The notes: generated by a model from the sequence alone, not told the origin. DNA of 64,000 bases from an uncultured Thermotogaceae bacterium (GCA_964604305.1 CAZRYM010000004.1:4553-68552); one strand, 5' to 3'; positions 48,857-59,666 are shown, counted from the first letter of the stretch. Made by a program: numbers and translations.

Positions 48857-50137
48857 GTGCTTGACATAAGAGAACTTAGAGTGAATACGGAACAGGTAAA
48901 AAAGGCTATGCAATCAAGAAATGAAGATCCTCAACTGATTGATGAGATTATTTCTCTTGATGAGAAAAGACGTGAGATAATCCAGCAAGCTGATGAGCTT
49001 AAGGCAAAAAGGAATCAACTGTCCAAGGCGGTTGCGAAATTAAAATCAACCGGAAGAAAGGAAGAAGCAACACAAAACATTGAAGAAAGTAAGAATATTG
49101 GAAATAGGATAAAAGAGTTTGATGAAGCCCTGAGAGAAATCGAGGGTAAACAGGAGGAGTTAATCTCTCAATTGCCTAATATTCCTTCTACAAAAGCGAT
49201 AATTGGAAAGGACGAAAAAGAAAATAAAGAAATTATGAATTGGGGGAAACCAAAAGAGTTTGAGTTTGAACCGAAACCTCATTGGGAAATCGGCCCCGAT
49301 CTTGGGATGATGGATTTTGAAAGAGCGGCAAAGATGAGTGGTGCAAGATTTGTTGTACTTTCTGATGGAATTGCAAAACTTGAAAGAGCCTTGATCAATT
49401 TTATGCTTGATTATCACTCACAGCAAAATGATTATAAAGAAGTTAATATTCCTTACCTTGTTAAAAGAGAAACAATGTATGCAACGGGACAACTTCCCAA
49501 ATTTGAAGAAGAAGCTTATAAAACTACACCGGATGATATGTTTCTGATACCCACTGCAGAGGTTTTTTTGGCTGGTATGCATAAAGACGAAATCATCGAT
49601 GAGCATTCACTTCCCCTAAAATACTGTGCTTATTCTGCATGTTTTAGGAGAGAGGCTGGAAGTTATGGGAAGGATGTTCGGGGGATGATTAGAGTTCATC
49701 AGTTTGAAAAAGTGGAATTAGTAAAATATACCCGTCCTGAGAATTCTTATGATGAACTAGAGAAATTGACAAATGATGCTGAAAATATCTTACGAGAGCT
49801 GGAACTTCCTTACAGAAAAATACTATTATGCACTGGAGATATGGGATTCGGATCAGCCTTAACTTATGATCTTGAAGTTTGGCTACCTTCGTATAAGAGT
49901 TACAAAGAGATCTCCTCATGTTCTAATGATACTGATTTTCAAGCAAGAAGGGCAAATATGCGATATAGGAATAAAGAAAACAAGCTTGAATTCGTTCATA
50001 CTTTAAACGGTTCTGGACTGGCAGTTGGAAGAACGCTTGTAGCTATTTTAGAAAATTATCAAAATGAAGATGGCACTGTGACAGTACCTGAGGCCTTAAA
50101 GGGGTACATGGGAGGGGCTGAAAGACTTTTCGGGTAA
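48857..50137 (+). CDS. serS: Serine--tRNA ligase
   Basis: An N-terminal coiled-coil arm and class II motifs (FRREAGS, GSGLAVGRTL). Confidence 0.9.
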   Translation: MLDIRELRVNTEQVKKAMQSRNEDPQLIDEIISLDEKRREIIQQADELKAKRNQLSKAVAKLKSTGRKEEATQNIEESKNIGNRIKEFDEALREIEGKQEELISQLPNIPSTKAIIGKDEKENKEIMNWGKPKEFEFEPKPHWEIGPDLGMMDFERAAKMSGARFVVLSDGIAKLERALINFMLDYHSQQNDYKEVNIPYLVKRETMYATGQLPKFEEEAYKTTPDDMFLIPTAEVFLAGMHKDEIIDEHSLPLKYCAYSACFRREAGSYGKDVRGMIRVHQFEKVELVKYTRPENSYDELEKLTNDAENILRELELPYRKILLCTGDMGFGSALTYDLEVWLPSYKSYKEISSCSNDTDFQARRANMRYRNKENKLEFVHTLNGSGLAVGRTLVAILENYQNEDGTVTVPEALKGYMGGAERLFG

Positions 50138-50235
50138 TTTGAACTTTTATCTTTTTTGAGAGTCTAAAAGATGTAAAGAAAAACAGAAATAAACCCCTCA
50201 AAAAAGAAGAAAATAAATTAAACCCCTCACATTTA

Positions 50236-50268
50236 AAAGCGGACATGCCCCCCAGGTCCGCTTTTGTG
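50236..50268 (+). terminator. Rho-independent terminator after serS
   Basis: An AGCGGAC...GTCCGCT hairpin followed by TTTTGTG. Confidence 0.55.
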
Positions 50269-50429
50269 ATGGTTATCAAGTGATTGAGCAGAAATTGCAT
50301 CTTCCTAAAGTGTTTGACTCAATATCAAATGTTATCATCATATTATAAAACTTATGGTACAAGACAAAAAAAAGTTGTTAGATTATTTTTATAAACTAAA
50401 TCATTACAGCCAATGGGAAAGGAAAACAC

Positions 50430-51716
50430 ATGGAAAACAAATCAGTGAAGGAAATTTTGGAGATATTGAAAAAAGAAGTTGTACCCGCTTTGGGATGTAC
50501 AGAACCTATAGCCGTAGCCCTTGCGGCAGCAAAGGCAAAAGAGACTCTGGGGGAAGAAACCGGAAAAGTTCACGTGTTTGTCAGCCCTAATCTCTTTAAA
50601 AATGGAATGGGTGTAGGAATTCCAGGTACAGGAATGGTAGGATTACACATTGCAACTGCATTGGGGGTTTGTGGGGGCGAATCCAAATTTGGCCTGGAAG
50701 TCCTGAAGCATGTCACGCAAGAACATATCAAACTTGCCAAAGAAAAGCTTGAAAGAAATGAGATAGAGATTGAGATAAAAAAACATTCAAATCCATTGTT
50801 TGTTGAGTGTGTATGTTACAACAAAGAGATGACTCATGAAATAAAGGTGGTAATACAAGAGGAACATTCTAATATTTCTCTGATTGAAAGAGATGACAAG
50901 ATTTTGTATAAGAAAGAACCAGGGGATTTAAAGGATGGAAACGAAAAAATAAACGACAAGTTGAATGTAGATACCATTATCGATTTTTCAAAAAGTGTTT
51001 TTATTGATGATCTTGCTTTTCTCAAAAAGGCCGTTCAACTGAATATGGCCATTTCTAAAGAGGGTCTTGAGGGAGATTACGGGATTCAAATAGGAAAAAC
51101 AATGCTTTTAGAAACTAATCTTGATGATTTTGGGAGATGTTTTTCTTCATATATAGTGGCTATGACTGCAGCAGCAGCAGATGCAAGAATGTCAGGATGT
51201 GTCCTCCCTGCCATGAGTAATAGTGGGAGTGGGAATCAGGGGATCAACGCCACGATTCCTATCAGCACATATGCCGAAAAAATGAAAATAAAAGAGGAGA
51301 ATATGCTCAGGGCTCTTGCGATGAGTCATTTACTGGCCATTCATATCAAGTCCTATCTAGGAAGATTGTCAGCTCTTTGCGGTGTGGTCGCTGCATCAAC
51401 AGGCGTAGCAGCTGGACTGACCTATCTTATGGGCGGTAATAAGTCTGAGATCATCTTATCCATGAAAAACCTGATAGCAAATCTGACCGGTATGATTTGT
51501 GATGGTGCAAAACCAGGATGCGCATTAAAAGTTGCTTCCGGGGTAAATGCAGCTTTTCTTGCTGCTAAGTTGGCAATTGCAGGCAATGGTGCTACAGAGA
51601 AAGATGGAATAATTGAAGTTGATATTGAAAATACGGTTAAAAATCTTGCCAATATCGGTTCTAAAGCCATGAAAATTACAGATGAATATATATTAAATAT
51701 CATGGTTTGTAAATAA
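50430..51716 (+). CDS. cyuA: L-cysteine desulfidase CyuA/YhaM-like (UPF0597, serine-dehydratase-like)
   Basis: PALGCTEPIAVALAAA...SPNLFKNGMGVGIPGTGMVG...AADARMSG...LPAMSNSGSGNQGI...MICDGAKPGCALKV align with YhaM/CyuA along its whole length. Confidence 0.75.
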   Translation: MENKSVKEILEILKKEVVPALGCTEPIAVALAAAKAKETLGEETGKVHVFVSPNLFKNGMGVGIPGTGMVGLHIATALGVCGGESKFGLEVLKHVTQEHIKLAKEKLERNEIEIEIKKHSNPLFVECVCYNKEMTHEIKVVIQEEHSNISLIERDDKILYKKEPGDLKDGNEKINDKLNVDTIIDFSKSVFIDDLAFLKKAVQLNMAISKEGLEGDYGIQIGKTMLLETNLDDFGRCFSSYIVAMTAAAADARMSGCVLPAMSNSGSGNQGINATIPISTYAEKMKIKEENMLRALAMSHLLAIHIKSYLGRLSALCGVVAASTGVAAGLTYLMGGNKSEIILSMKNLIANLTGMICDGAKPGCALKVASGVNAAFLAAKLAIAGNGATEKDGIIEVDIENTVKNLANIGSKAMKITDEYILNIMVCK

Positions 51717-51779
51717 TAGCATTTGGTTAGATAGTAACGACCCATTTATAATTCTAAAAATAAGGAGTTCTGCTCTTAA

Positions 51780-53561
51780 TTGATAAATATCAAAAAAAAT
51801 AATTCAACACTTATTTTGAAAAAATTTTACGGATATGACCGTTTCAGGCCGGGACAAGAGGAAATTATTGAGTCTATATTAAACAAAAATGACACATTGG
51901 CCATTATGCCAACCGGATCAGGTAAATCACTCTGTTTTCAAATTCCAGCATTGCTTTTTGAGGGAAAGAGCATTGTCATTTCGCCGCTTATTTCTTTGAT
52001 GAAAGACCAAGTGGATAATCTTAAAACAATGGATATTAATGCTACATACATCAACAGTAGTTTATCAACCGATGAGATAAATCAAAGGACAAAAGAATTT
52101 ATAAATGGTGATTGTAAAATCCTCTACATTGCACCTGAAAGGCTCAACACGGTTTACTTTCTCGAAGGGATAGCCACAGTAGAAATTGAACAGGTAGCGG
52201 TTGATGAAGCCCACTGTGTTTCCCAATGGGGACATGATTTTAGACCAAGTTATAAGCAGATAAAGGATTTTGTTAAAAATTTAAAAGGTGATCCTGTATT
52301 AAGCGCATTCACAGCTACTGCAACTCAAATGGTCAAGGGAGATATCAAAGAATTATTAGGGCTTCATACCCCGCAGTCTTTTAATTTGGGATTAAAGCGT
52401 TCGAATATTTATATCGAAGTTATCAAAGGAAAAAATAAAAGACCCTTTCTTGAAGAGCTTATAAAAAAGAGAATGGGAGAGTCAGGAATAATCTATTGTT
52501 CAACAAGAAAGACAGTAGACGAATTATATAATTATTTAAAAAAGAAGGATATAAGAATCGGTAAATATCATGCGGGAATGTCATCTGAAGAGAGAAAAGC
52601 TATGCAAGAAGCTTTCATCCTGGAAGATACTGATATAATCATTGCCACCAATGCTTTTGGTATGGGAATTGATAAGCCAAATATCCGATATATTGTTCAT
52701 TACAATATGCCTAAAACTCTGGAATCTTATTATCAGGAAATTGGAAGAGCCGGCAGAGATGGTGAACCTTCTCAGGCTTATTTGTTATACAGCGAAGTGG
52801 ATAAAAGGATACAAAGGTTTTTGATAGAGAAATCAGAATTGAATCAGGAAAGACTTGTAGTTGCAAATTCAAAATTACAAGACATGATTAATTTCTGCCA
52901 TACTCATGAGTGTTTGTGGAAATCAATTTCCAAGTATTTTGGAGAAACCGAGCAATCGGATTGTAAGAATTGCAGTAATTGCTTGGATGAAAATCTCATT
53001 GAGACGGATATAACTGTAGAAACGCAGAAAATCCTATCTTGTGTTTATAGATTGAATCAGTCCTATGGGGCAACTACAGTAGCAAAGGTTTTAAAAGGTT
53101 CGAACAGTTCAAAAATAAGATCAAAAGGTTTTGAAAGTTTGTCTACTTACGGTATAATGAATGAATTAACAGAGAAGAACATCAAAGAACTGATAAATTT
53201 CCTCTCAGCAGAAGGTTATATGGAAGTGAGTAATGGATTATACCCTATACTCAAATTAAATAAGAAATCATGGAAAGTGTTGAAAGGCAACAAAAAGGTA
53301 TTAAAAAAATCGACTTTCATAAAAAGTGAGCCAAAAGAAAATACTGGTTTATTTGAAGAATTGAAAGATCTTAGGAAAAGGATTTCTATGAAAGAAAAGG
53401 TTCCACCATATATGGTCTTTCACGATTACACATTAAGGGAAATGAGTTCTTTAAAGCCGATAACTGCTAAACAAATGCTTGAGATCAAAGGTGTTGGGGA
53501 GAAAAAACTTCAAAAATATGGAGAAGAATTTCTTCAGCTTATCAAAGAGTATAAAGGATGA
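51780..53561 (+). CDS. recQ: ATP-dependent DNA helicase RecQ
   Basis: FGYDRFRPGQEEII, MPTGSGKS, DEAH (VDEAHCVSQWGHDFR), the zinc-binding Cys cluster, RQC and a C-terminal HRDC. The start is TTG after AAGGAG. Confidence 0.9.
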   Translation: MINIKKNNSTLILKKFYGYDRFRPGQEEIIESILNKNDTLAIMPTGSGKSLCFQIPALLFEGKSIVISPLISLMKDQVDNLKTMDINATYINSSLSTDEINQRTKEFINGDCKILYIAPERLNTVYFLEGIATVEIEQVAVDEAHCVSQWGHDFRPSYKQIKDFVKNLKGDPVLSAFTATATQMVKGDIKELLGLHTPQSFNLGLKRSNIYIEVIKGKNKRPFLEELIKKRMGESGIIYCSTRKTVDELYNYLKKKDIRIGKYHAGMSSEERKAMQEAFILEDTDIIIATNAFGMGIDKPNIRYIVHYNMPKTLESYYQEIGRAGRDGEPSQAYLLYSEVDKRIQRFLIEKSELNQERLVVANSKLQDMINFCHTHECLWKSISKYFGETEQSDCKNCSNCLDENLIETDITVETQKILSCVYRLNQSYGATTVAKVLKGSNSSKIRSKGFESLSTYGIMNELTEKNIKELINFLSAEGYMEVSNGLYPILKLNKKSWKVLKGNKKVLKKSTFIKSEPKENTGLFEELKDLRKRISMKEKVPPYMVFHDYTLREMSSLKPITAKQMLEIKGVGEKKLQKYGEEFLQLIKEYKG

Positions 53562-53565
53562 AATA

Positions 53566-54426
53566 ATGGCAGATGAATTTATCAAGTTGGGACCAAAGAC
53601 ATTAACAGGAGATCTTGAAAGGATTTTCAAGAACACAATCACTGAATATTCTTTTAAAGGTTTTTTTACCTCTTTGACAAAGCAAAAGAGGATACTTGGG
53701 TTGTTTGTGTGTACTAAAGGATTTCCCGCCTTGTTTATATATGTATCTGAAACCGGACCTTTTATAATCGGTCTGACAAGTACCAAAGATACTCCAAAGA
53801 AAGCGATTGCAAAAAGAACCATCCCTATACCTCAGGAATTCAGTGAAGAATACAGGGAACTATTTAGAAGCGTCCATGTTCCTCAGCCGCAAGAAACCAG
53901 TCTTAAGATGTTTTTGGGAATGTTTTCAGAGGTCATTCCAATTCCTTCGTTTTCCGTTGTTGGTAAAAAACGCGAGACCTTTGCGTTGTTAAATCGCGAA
54001 GGTGTTTATGGAAAGAAGTTGTTTTCAGCTGCAGGAATGTTTTCAGAGGAAAAGTTTATTGCAATTTTGGCTGCGTATGAGAGATGGAAAGAAGATGGCT
54101 ATCGATTTGATTTTCAAGAGGAAAAGGTTCTATTTTCCCTAAAAATGCCAAAAAATTCAAAAAATACAGAAAATGAAGATCGGGCAATAGCGGCAATGAT
54201 TAATCACCTAATTTCTAAAACTTACCCTAATATATTTATCCCTTCAGAGGGTGAAACACTGAACGGTATTCCAAATGTTTTGACCACGTTTTTAATAAGA
54301 TTTGAACGATTATCTAAATTCCTTTCAAACCTAACCCCCTTCATTGCAAGATTTAATAAATCTTTTGGGGAAATTGACAGTATTCTTGAAGAAATTTTGG
54401 TCCCAAGGATGAATTTTTTAAAATAG
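53566..54426 (+). CDS. Hypothetical protein in the recQ-rsmD operon
   Basis: ATG 53566 lies 5 nt after the recQ stop. 286 aa with no recognisable motif. Confidence 0.4.
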   Translation: MADEFIKLGPKTLTGDLERIFKNTITEYSFKGFFTSLTKQKRILGLFVCTKGFPALFIYVSETGPFIIGLTSTKDTPKKAIAKRTIPIPQEFSEEYRELFRSVHVPQPQETSLKMFLGMFSEVIPIPSFSVVGKKRETFALLNREGVYGKKLFSAAGMFSEEKFIAILAAYERWKEDGYRFDFQEEKVLFSLKMPKNSKNTENEDRAIAAMINHLISKTYPNIFIPSEGETLNGIPNVLTTFLIRFERLSKFLSNLTPFIARFNKSFGEIDSILEEILVPRMNFLK

Positions 54427-54455
54427 TACGTTGAGAAACGATAAAAGGTAAAAAT

Positions 54456-55016
54456 ATGCAAATGATATCAATCATATCCGGAAAATTTAAAAATCAAAAG
54501 ATAGAAACCGTTGAAGACCTCCGAACTAAATACACTCCTTCAAAGGTTAAAAATGCCCTTTTTTCTATAATTGAATCAAAAATACCGATTCAAAATTCCA
54601 GTTTCCTTGACTTGTGTGCTGGAAGTGGTCAAATAGGTATTGAAGCCCTTAGTCGGGGAGCTTCTTCTGTTACTTTTGTTGATATATCTCCTCATTCCAT
54701 TAAGACACTTAAAAACAACGCAGAAAAGTTAAAGATTTCAGATGATGTTAGAATTTTTAAAAAAGATGTGATAAGATTCATTAAGAAGCCGCCGGAAATT
54801 TATGATATAGTTTTTATTGATCCCCCATTTACAGAAGGACTTTTTAATAAGATAATCAACAATCTTCTAGAAACAGAATCCATATTGACAGAATATGGAA
54901 GAATTATCATAGAATCCAAGGACGTCTTCAAAATAACTCAAAATAAAAAATATGAGATTGAAGATGAATATAATTATTCATCGATTAAAATTGCGATCTT
55001 GAAAAGAAAGGGGTAA
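54456..55016 (+). CDS. rsmD: 16S rRNA (guanine966-N2)-methyltransferase RsmD
   Basis: LDLCAGSGQIGIEALSRGA and VFIDPPF (DPPF/Y) motifs. Confidence 0.8.
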   Translation: MQMISIISGKFKNQKIETVEDLRTKYTPSKVKNALFSIIESKIPIQNSSFLDLCAGSGQIGIEALSRGASSVTFVDISPHSIKTLKNNAEKLKISDDVRIFKKDVIRFIKKPPEIYDIVFIDPPFTEGLFNKIINNLLETESILTEYGRIIIESKDVFKITQNKKYEIEDEYNYSSIKIAILKRKG

Positions 55017-55020
55017 ACAA

Positions 55021-55956
55021 ATGAAGATAGTTGGGGTTGATTTGGGAGGAACCAACATTAAAGCAGCACTTGTTGATGAAGAGGGTGTTATAGCAAAGCA
55101 GAAAACCACTAAGACATTGGTTAATGAAGGAACACAAATGATTTGCAAAAGAATTATCGACTTGATAAAGGAGATTGCAGAAGACGAACCGGTAAAAGTT
55201 GGGATAGGCTCGCCGGGTTCTATAGACCGACAAAATGGTGTGATAAAATACGCCAACAACATAACAGCTTTAAATGGTGTAGAACTTGTGAAAATGATAA
55301 AAGAAAGCACCGGATTTGATGCCTTTCTTGAAAATGATGCCAAAGCAGCAGCATTAGGAGAAAGATGGTTTGGTTCAGCAAGAAAAACAGATAACTTTAT
55401 TGTTTTGACACTTGGTACAGGTGTAGGTGGGGGTGCTTACACAGAAGGTCATCTTATCGTTGGCGGGCATGGCTTTGGGGGAGAAATCGGTCATATGATT
55501 GTAGACCCAAGTGGTCCCGTCTGTAGCTGTGGTAGTAAGGGATGTCTTGAAACTTTTTCATCTATTACCGGAATGCGGGAATGGGTTAAAGTATTCCAAG
55601 AGAGATATCCCGATTCACTTGTTTTTAAGTACTCCGGAAAAGGTCCGGTGGACGCTAAGGCAATCTTTGATGCATTCAAAGAAGGTGACCGGCTTGCAAC
55701 ATTAGTTGTTAGAAAATTTAACTGGGGGTTAGGTATCGGAATCGGTTCATTGGTAAATATCTTCAATCCTGATTTAATCATACTCTCAGGTGGAATTTCA
55801 AGAGCCAGTGATATCTTTTTAAAAGAAGTGAAGCAGGTGGCACATGAACACACTTATCCTTCATTATCTCATTCTTATGATATAATAATCAGCGAGTTAA
55901 AAGAAAAAGGGGCTATCTTAGGAGCTGCCTCTGTTGCATTAGAGAGGACCAAATAA
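55021..55956 (+). CDS. glcK: ROK-family glucokinase
   Basis: VGVDLGGTNIK and the ROK zinc motif GHMIVDPSGPVCSCGSKGCLE. Confidence 0.8.
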   Translation: MKIVGVDLGGTNIKAALVDEEGVIAKQKTTKTLVNEGTQMICKRIIDLIKEIAEDEPVKVGIGSPGSIDRQNGVIKYANNITALNGVELVKMIKESTGFDAFLENDAKAAALGERWFGSARKTDNFIVLTLGTGVGGGAYTEGHLIVGGHGFGGEIGHMIVDPSGPVCSCGSKGCLETFSSITGMREWVKVFQERYPDSLVFKYSGKGPVDAKAIFDAFKEGDRLATLVVRKFNWGLGIGIGSLVNIFNPDLIILSGGISRASDIFLKEVKQVAHEHTYPSLSHSYDIIISELKEKGAILGAASVALERTK

Positions 55957-55982
55957 ATTTTATTTTACTACGGAGGTGTGGT

Positions 55983-56924
55983 ATGTCAGTTAACTTAAAA
56001 GGAAAAGACCTGATTAGCATCAAAGATTTAACACCTGAGGAGTTTTTCCAGTTTATCGAAACAGCAATATCATTAAAAACAGGTTTGAATATGGGCCAAA
56101 GACCTGAGATTCTAAAAAACAAAACACTGGCTGAGATCTTTCAAAAGCCTTCTTTGAGAACAAGGGTGTCGTTTGAATCATCCATGACACATCTGGGAGG
56201 ACATGGGATTTATCTTGGACCAGATGATATCAAACTTGGACAAAGAGAAACAACTGAAGATATTGCAAAAGTTCTTTCAGGAATGGTAGATGTTATCATG
56301 GCCAGGGTTTTTGAAAATAAAACCGTTAAAGAACTTGCTGAATATGCAACAGTACCTGTAATAAATGGTCTCTGTGATTATGAACATCCTACCCAGGCAT
56401 TGGGCGATTTTCTTACCATTTATGAAAAATTCAGACGGTTTGAGGGACTAAAGATTGCATATATAGGAGACGGCAACAACGTATGCAACTCAACAATTTT
56501 TTCAGCAGCTCTAATGGGAACACACATAACAGCCATCACAGCACCTGGCTTTGAACCTGCTCAAGAAGTTTTAAGCGATGCAAAAAGAATAACTGAAAAA
56601 TATGATACCGGATCAAAAATAATGGTTACCAATGATGTTAATGAGGGAATAATCGATGCGGACATTGTTTATACAGATGTATGGGCAAGTATGGGACAGG
56701 AGGCTCAAGCTGAAGAAAAGAAAAAGAAATTTATGCCCTATCAGGTTGATATGGAAAAATTCAATAAAGCTAAGCCGACAGCCATATTCATGCATTGCCT
56801 TCCAGCTCATTACGGGGAAGAATGTACACATGAGGTTGCACATAATCCCAGAAGTGTAATTTTTGATGAAGCTGCCAATAGAATGCATTCAATAAAAGCA
56901 ATATTAGCGTTGGTAACTCCTTAA
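55983..56924 (+). CDS. argF: Ornithine carbamoyltransferase
   Basis: STRTR, HPTQ, DVWASMG and HCLP are OTCase-diagnostic. Confidence 0.8.
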   Translation: MSVNLKGKDLISIKDLTPEEFFQFIETAISLKTGLNMGQRPEILKNKTLAEIFQKPSLRTRVSFESSMTHLGGHGIYLGPDDIKLGQRETTEDIAKVLSGMVDVIMARVFENKTVKELAEYATVPVINGLCDYEHPTQALGDFLTIYEKFRRFEGLKIAYIGDGNNVCNSTIFSAALMGTHITAITAPGFEPAQEVLSDAKRITEKYDTGSKIMVTNDVNEGIIDADIVYTDVWASMGQEAQAEEKKKKFMPYQVDMEKFNKAKPTAIFMHCLPAHYGEECTHEVAHNPRSVIFDEAANRMHSIKAILALVTP

Positions 56925-56945
56925 AAAAGAATATTAATACTCAAA

Positions 56946-56990
56946 GAGGGGGGCAATATACACATTTGCCCCCTTTATAATTTTTTTTTA
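56946..56990 (+). terminator. Rho-independent terminator after argF
   Basis: A GGGGGCAA...TTGCCCCC hairpin followed by a T9 run. Confidence 0.6.
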
Positions 56991-57016
56991 GAAGTTTTAA
57001 TAAAGGGAGATAAAAA

Positions 57017-57763
57017 GTGAATATGAATAAAATAACATTTTTTTTCTATACTATATACTATTTTATAGCTGCTTTTATTTTATTGTTGTACGGGTATGTA
57101 CAACTTAAAAAAGCCATAAAAATTGAAAAATCCCAGAGTAGAGAAGCATCTCAAAAGTTTATCAGAAAAAGGTCTCCTGCTTTTTCCAGAAAATTGTTTA
57201 CATGGTGTGGAATACATCCCGAAATCAGAAACAGCGATAATATTCCCCACAATGACAATTACGTCATATGTATGAACCATCAAAGTTATCTTGATCCCAT
57301 GCTCATACTTGGCTATATTTCAGAACATATCTTTCTTTTAGCAAAAGAAGAGCTGAACAAACCACCTTTTTTTAAAGAAGCAATGCAGTTGTTCTGTATC
57401 ACCATCGACAGAGATAATCCCAAAAATGCAGTTAAAGCATTAAGAAAGATTTTGGAATACTTGAAAAATGGCGAAAGCATTGGGATATTTCCCGAAGGAA
57501 CACGAACAAAAGATGGAACAATCGCCCCGTTTGCACCAGGTGGCCTAAAGATTGCTTACAAAAGTAAAAAAAAGCTTATTCCAGTTGTTATTGATGGAAC
57601 TGGAGAAGCAATGCCTAGAAAAAGCTGGATCGTTAGGCCAGCAAAAGTCACAGCAATTATCCTTGATCCAATTCAACCGAATCAATTTGAAACTTACGAA
57701 GAGTATGAATCAACAATTCATAAAAATATGCAAGTTGCTTTAGATAGTTTGAGAAAAGGATAA
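57017..57763 (+). CDS. plsC: 1-acyl-sn-glycerol-3-phosphate acyltransferase
   Basis: NHQSYLDP (HxxxxD) and FPEGTRT motifs. Confidence 0.8.
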   Translation: MNMNKITFFFYTIYYFIAAFILLLYGYVQLKKAIKIEKSQSREASQKFIRKRSPAFSRKLFTWCGIHPEIRNSDNIPHNDNYVICMNHQSYLDPMLILGYISEHIFLLAKEELNKPPFFKEAMQLFCITIDRDNPKNAVKALRKILEYLKNGESIGIFPEGTRTKDGTIAPFAPGGLKIAYKSKKKLIPVVIDGTGEAMPRKSWIVRPAKVTAIILDPIQPNQFETYEEYESTIHKNMQVALDSLRKG

Positions 57764-57792
57764 ATCAAACTATAAAGTTTAAACTCGGGGTT

Positions 57793-58818
57793 TTACCAAA
57801 ATTCCGGTTTTAGATCTCTGGCCATAAGTTCTTCAATACATTTTAACGGGTCACTTTCAGCGTAGATCACATCGTATATTTTTTCTGCAATTGGCATTTC
57901 TGTTTTTTTTGTTTTAAGAATATTAATCAAGGCTTTTACTGTATAGACCCCTTCAGCGACCATGTTCATGTTCTCAAGGATTTCTTTCGTTTTCTTTCCC
58001 CTTCCAAGCGCTTCTCCCACATATCGGTTTCGACTGTGCTTACTGGTGCACGTAACGATCATATCTCCAATTCCAGATAATCCTATGAAGGTTTCTCTTT
58101 TAGCTCCAATATCTTCCCCAAATCTCCTCATTTCCATTAAAGCTCGTGTGATTAATGCTGCTTTGGTATTATCCCAGGGTCCCAGTCCGTCAATGATTCC
58201 CGCTGCAATGGCATAAATATTCTTAAGGGCTCCACAAAGTTCAACACCTAAGATATCCTTGTTTGTATAGACTCTAAAATAGTCAGTACTGAATATTCTT
58301 TGGATAGTTTTTAATGCCTCCTCATCTTTTCCGGCAGCTACGATGTTGGTGGGAATTTTATTTATCACTTCTTCAGCATGGGTTGGACCGGAAAGTGTTA
58401 TGTACTTTGATTCTTTTCCAAATAACTCTTCGCAAATCTGATGTATAAATTTCCCCGTCTCTATTTCTATTCCTTTTGAAAGATTGATGATAACTTTTCC
58501 ATTTGTATTTATACCTGTTAAGATTTTTCTTATGGCCTGAGTTGGGAGGGCAAGAACAATTATCTCAGCTGATGATGTTACCTGAATTAGATTATTTGTT
58601 ATATTTATGTTTTCATGCAATTTCTTACCAGGAAAGTAATAGGGATTTTCATTCCATTTCATGCTTTCTATAACTCTCTCATCCATTGTCCAACTGATAA
58701 TTTTATAGCCCTTCAATGCAAGTAAATCTGATATGGATGTTCCCCAGCTTCCAAATCCTAGAACCCCGATAGTCAAAATTCTTTCCTCCTTGTAAAAATG
58801 GGTGTGATAATTTGTCAA
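57793..58818 (-). CDS. gpsA: NAD(P)H-dependent glycerol-3-phosphate dehydrogenase
   Basis: The N-terminal GFGSWGT Rossmann motif and GpsA blocks. 341 aa. Confidence 0.9.
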   Translation of the reverse strand: MTNYHTHFYKEERILTIGVLGFGSWGTSISDLLALKGYKIISWTMDERVIESMKWNENPYYFPGKKLHENINITNNLIQVTSSAEIIVLALPTQAIRKILTGINTNGKVIINLSKGIEIETGKFIHQICEELFGKESKYITLSGPTHAEEVINKIPTNIVAAGKDEEALKTIQRIFSTDYFRVYTNKDILGVELCGALKNIYAIAAGIIDGLGPWDNTKAALITRALMEMRRFGEDIGAKRETFIGLSGIGDMIVTCTSKHSRNRYVGEALGRGKKTKEILENMNMVAEGVYTVKALINILKTKKTEMPIAEKIYDVIYAESDPLKCIEELMARDLKPEFW

Positions 58819-59594
58819 GTGTTTTTTATGGTTTGTCTTACATCGTCTAAATATGACTTCATTGCATTAAAATCTCGGTTTCTTATAATTTCTGTCAATT
58901 CCGTCAGCTGAGAATTGATGAATTGAATTTGTTTGATGGTGTGTGGATTGAAAAGGATCTCAGAGAGAAGATAATCGTCTTCATTCATAAGATTCTGAGC
59001 GATGTGCATGTGTTTTTTAAATGTTGTTCCAGGAACAGCTTTTTCTTTTAGGCATCCTCCAAAGACCAAAGATGAGATGAAAGGAGTTGCAAGAGAATAA
59101 GCCATCGTTTTATCATGTTCTTCAAAAGAATATTCAAACAGGTTTATCTTTAAAGAGTTAAAAAAGTTGCGAAAGAAAGATTTTCCAATTTCATCAGATT
59201 CTTTAATAATTACAGCGTTTTCCGATTGTAAATCATTTATATTGGCAAATGTGGGGCCGAACATTGGATGCGTGGAAACAAATCGATGGGGGCTGGTTTG
59301 ATAATATTCTTCAAGTCCATATTTTACAGAGGTGATATCTGAAATTATTGTATCCTTGTGTATGAACTCTTCGATTGATTTAAAAGCTTTAATGGTTATA
59401 TTGAGACTGACGCAATTAATAACAAGTTCGGGTTTGAAGGAATTCAATTCCTGAATCTTCATGAAACGTTTCACGTTGAACAGATGTTTTAATTGCCTTG
59501 AGTCCGCATCGAAAATAGCCACTTCATGATCATGATTTAATTCTTCTGCAAACCATTTACCCATCTTTCCGGCACCTAATATAAATATTCTCAT
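58815..59594 (-). CDS. Prephenate/arogenate dehydrogenase-like NAD-binding protein
   Basis: The Rossmann motif ILGAGKMG and the TyrA-like VSTHPMFGP (HPMxG) motif. A 4-nt overlap with gpsA. Confidence 0.55.
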   Translation of the reverse strand: MRIFILGAGKMGKWFAEELNHDHEVAIFDADSRQLKHLFNVKRFMKIQELNSFKPELVINCVSLNITIKAFKSIEEFIHKDTIISDITSVKYGLEEYYQTSPHRFVSTHPMFGPTFANINDLQSENAVIIKESDEIGKSFFRNFFNSLKINLFEYSFEEHDKTMAYSLATPFISSLVFGGCLKEKAVPGTTFKKHMHIAQNLMNEDDYLLSEILFNPHTIKQIQFINSQLTELTEIIRNRDFNAMKSYLDDVRQTIKNT

Positions 59595-59666
59595 TAATTA
59601 CTCCTTCCCTGATGTCTTCAGGCTATGATAGCATATTGGTCTTTGGTTAAAAAAGTCAATCTATTC

